Shown: piece after piece, positions 5,317 to 5,657 of the stretch
Numbering within the stretch: position 1 is the first letter of the stretch
Layout of the letters: every line of letters begins with the position of its first letter
Assembly: GCA_020697515.1 (NCBI GenBank)
Contig: JAIXNB010000024.1
Coordinates: 1-5,657 of the forward strand
Length of the DNA stretch: 5,657 bases
Direction: 5' to 3'
Origin: Nanobdellota archaeon
Lineage (GTDB): Archaea; Nanobdellota; Nanobdellia; Nanobdellales; Nanobdellaceae
Position numbers and translations under genes: made by a program
Notes under the pieces: model-generated
What the model was told of the DNA's origin: nothing
The model's database searches: none
Seen by the model: the letters and a program-made list of their open reading frames with translations, nothing else

Positions 5317-5657
5317 ATGGAGTCCGTTAGAGTAAAATTTGTTAAAAAAAGAGATAATAGGGTTGTTCCGTTCGATTCTGCAAGAATAAGATATGCGATT
5401 GAGAGGGCTATGCGTTCGGTTGGTAAGTATGACAAACAAACTTTAGATAAAGTAGTTTCCTATGTTTTAAGATTAATTAATGAAAAATTCTCTGAAAATG
5501 ATGTAATATCGGTAGAACAGATCCAAGATTTGATAGAATTTTCCTTAGTTAAATTTGATCTGTATGAGGTTGCAAAAGCATATATAACTTATAGAAAAGA
5601 GAAAGATAAGATAAGAAAGGAAAAGAAGGCTTTGCTTGGAGAGTTTTATGAAGAAGA
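5317..5657 (+). CDS. Ribonucleotide reductase, N-terminal ATP-cone domain (5' partial). Most similar, from memory, to archaeal class II adenosylcobalamin-dependent enzymes; class III not excluded
   Basis: Open-ended ORF absent from the supplied track. It starts at ATG 5317 and the frame stays open to the window end (113 codons + 2 nt). Translation: MESVRVKFVKKRDNRVVPFDSARIRYAIERAMRSVGKYDKQTLDKVVSYVLRLINEKFSENDVISVEQIQDLIEFSLVKFDLYEVAKAYITYRKEKDKIRKEKKALLGEFYEE. This is the ATP-cone pattern (V-x-KRD-G/N-x-x-x-P-F-D-x-x-[KR]-I ... AKAYI-x-YR-x-x-[KR]). It closely parallels the Pyrococcus-type class II RNR N-terminus as I remember it. Confidence 0.85.
   Translation, partial: MESVRVKFVKKRDNRVVPFDSARIRYAIERAMRSVGKYDKQTLDKVVSYVLRLINEKFSENDVISVEQIQDLIEFSLVKFDLYEVAKAYITYRKEKDKIRKEKKALLGEFYEE

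Noticed and set aside
5130-5435. 101-aa minus-strand ORF from the track
   Set aside because: It spans the 3' end of the phosphoesterase gene, the intergenic terminator and promoter, and the antisense of the ATP-cone coding region. The plus-strand genes explain the whole interval.
1-5657. CRISPR arrays, tandem repeats, transposase/integrase genes or terminal inverted repeats
   Set aside because: I saw no periodic direct repeats and no recombinase-like ORFs on either strand. The longest recurring words I noticed (for example the 9-mer ATAAAGGCA at 1-9 and 2026-2034) are within chance expectation for this composition.

Overview
AT-rich segment, about 30% GC from hand-counted blocks. It reads as archaeal and probably from a thermophile. 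Proteins are K/E/I/Y-rich, TATA-like 8-mers sit about 27 nt upstream of several ATGs with no Shine-Dalgarno, oligo-T runs follow stops, and the last gene begins with an ATP-cone ribonucleotide reductase N-terminus. Five genes are well supported: an LpxH-like metallophosphoesterase (20-748 +), a PflX/COG1313-like radical SAM enzyme (832-1917 +), a membrane-anchored, sequon-rich orphan surface protein (3468-4334 -), a second unrelated metallophosphoesterase (4615-5247 +), and the 5' end of a ribonucleotide reductase (5317-5657 +, missed by the ORF track because it is open-ended). The middle 1.55 kb (1918-3467) is anomalous because it holds no intact gene. It contains a 23-codon PIN-like N-terminal remnant, a transglutaminase/papain-fold gene split by a frameshift with a possible premature TAG, and a ~600-nt ORF-free stretch (2871-3467). 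That stretch is clearly GC-richer than the other intergenic DNA and carries several hairpins, so it is the best candidate here for an unannotated structured RNA or small-protein locus. I could not assign it to any known RNA family. I found no CRISPR array, tRNA, rRNA, transposase or integrase. All family assignments rest on motifs read by eye; no searches were run.
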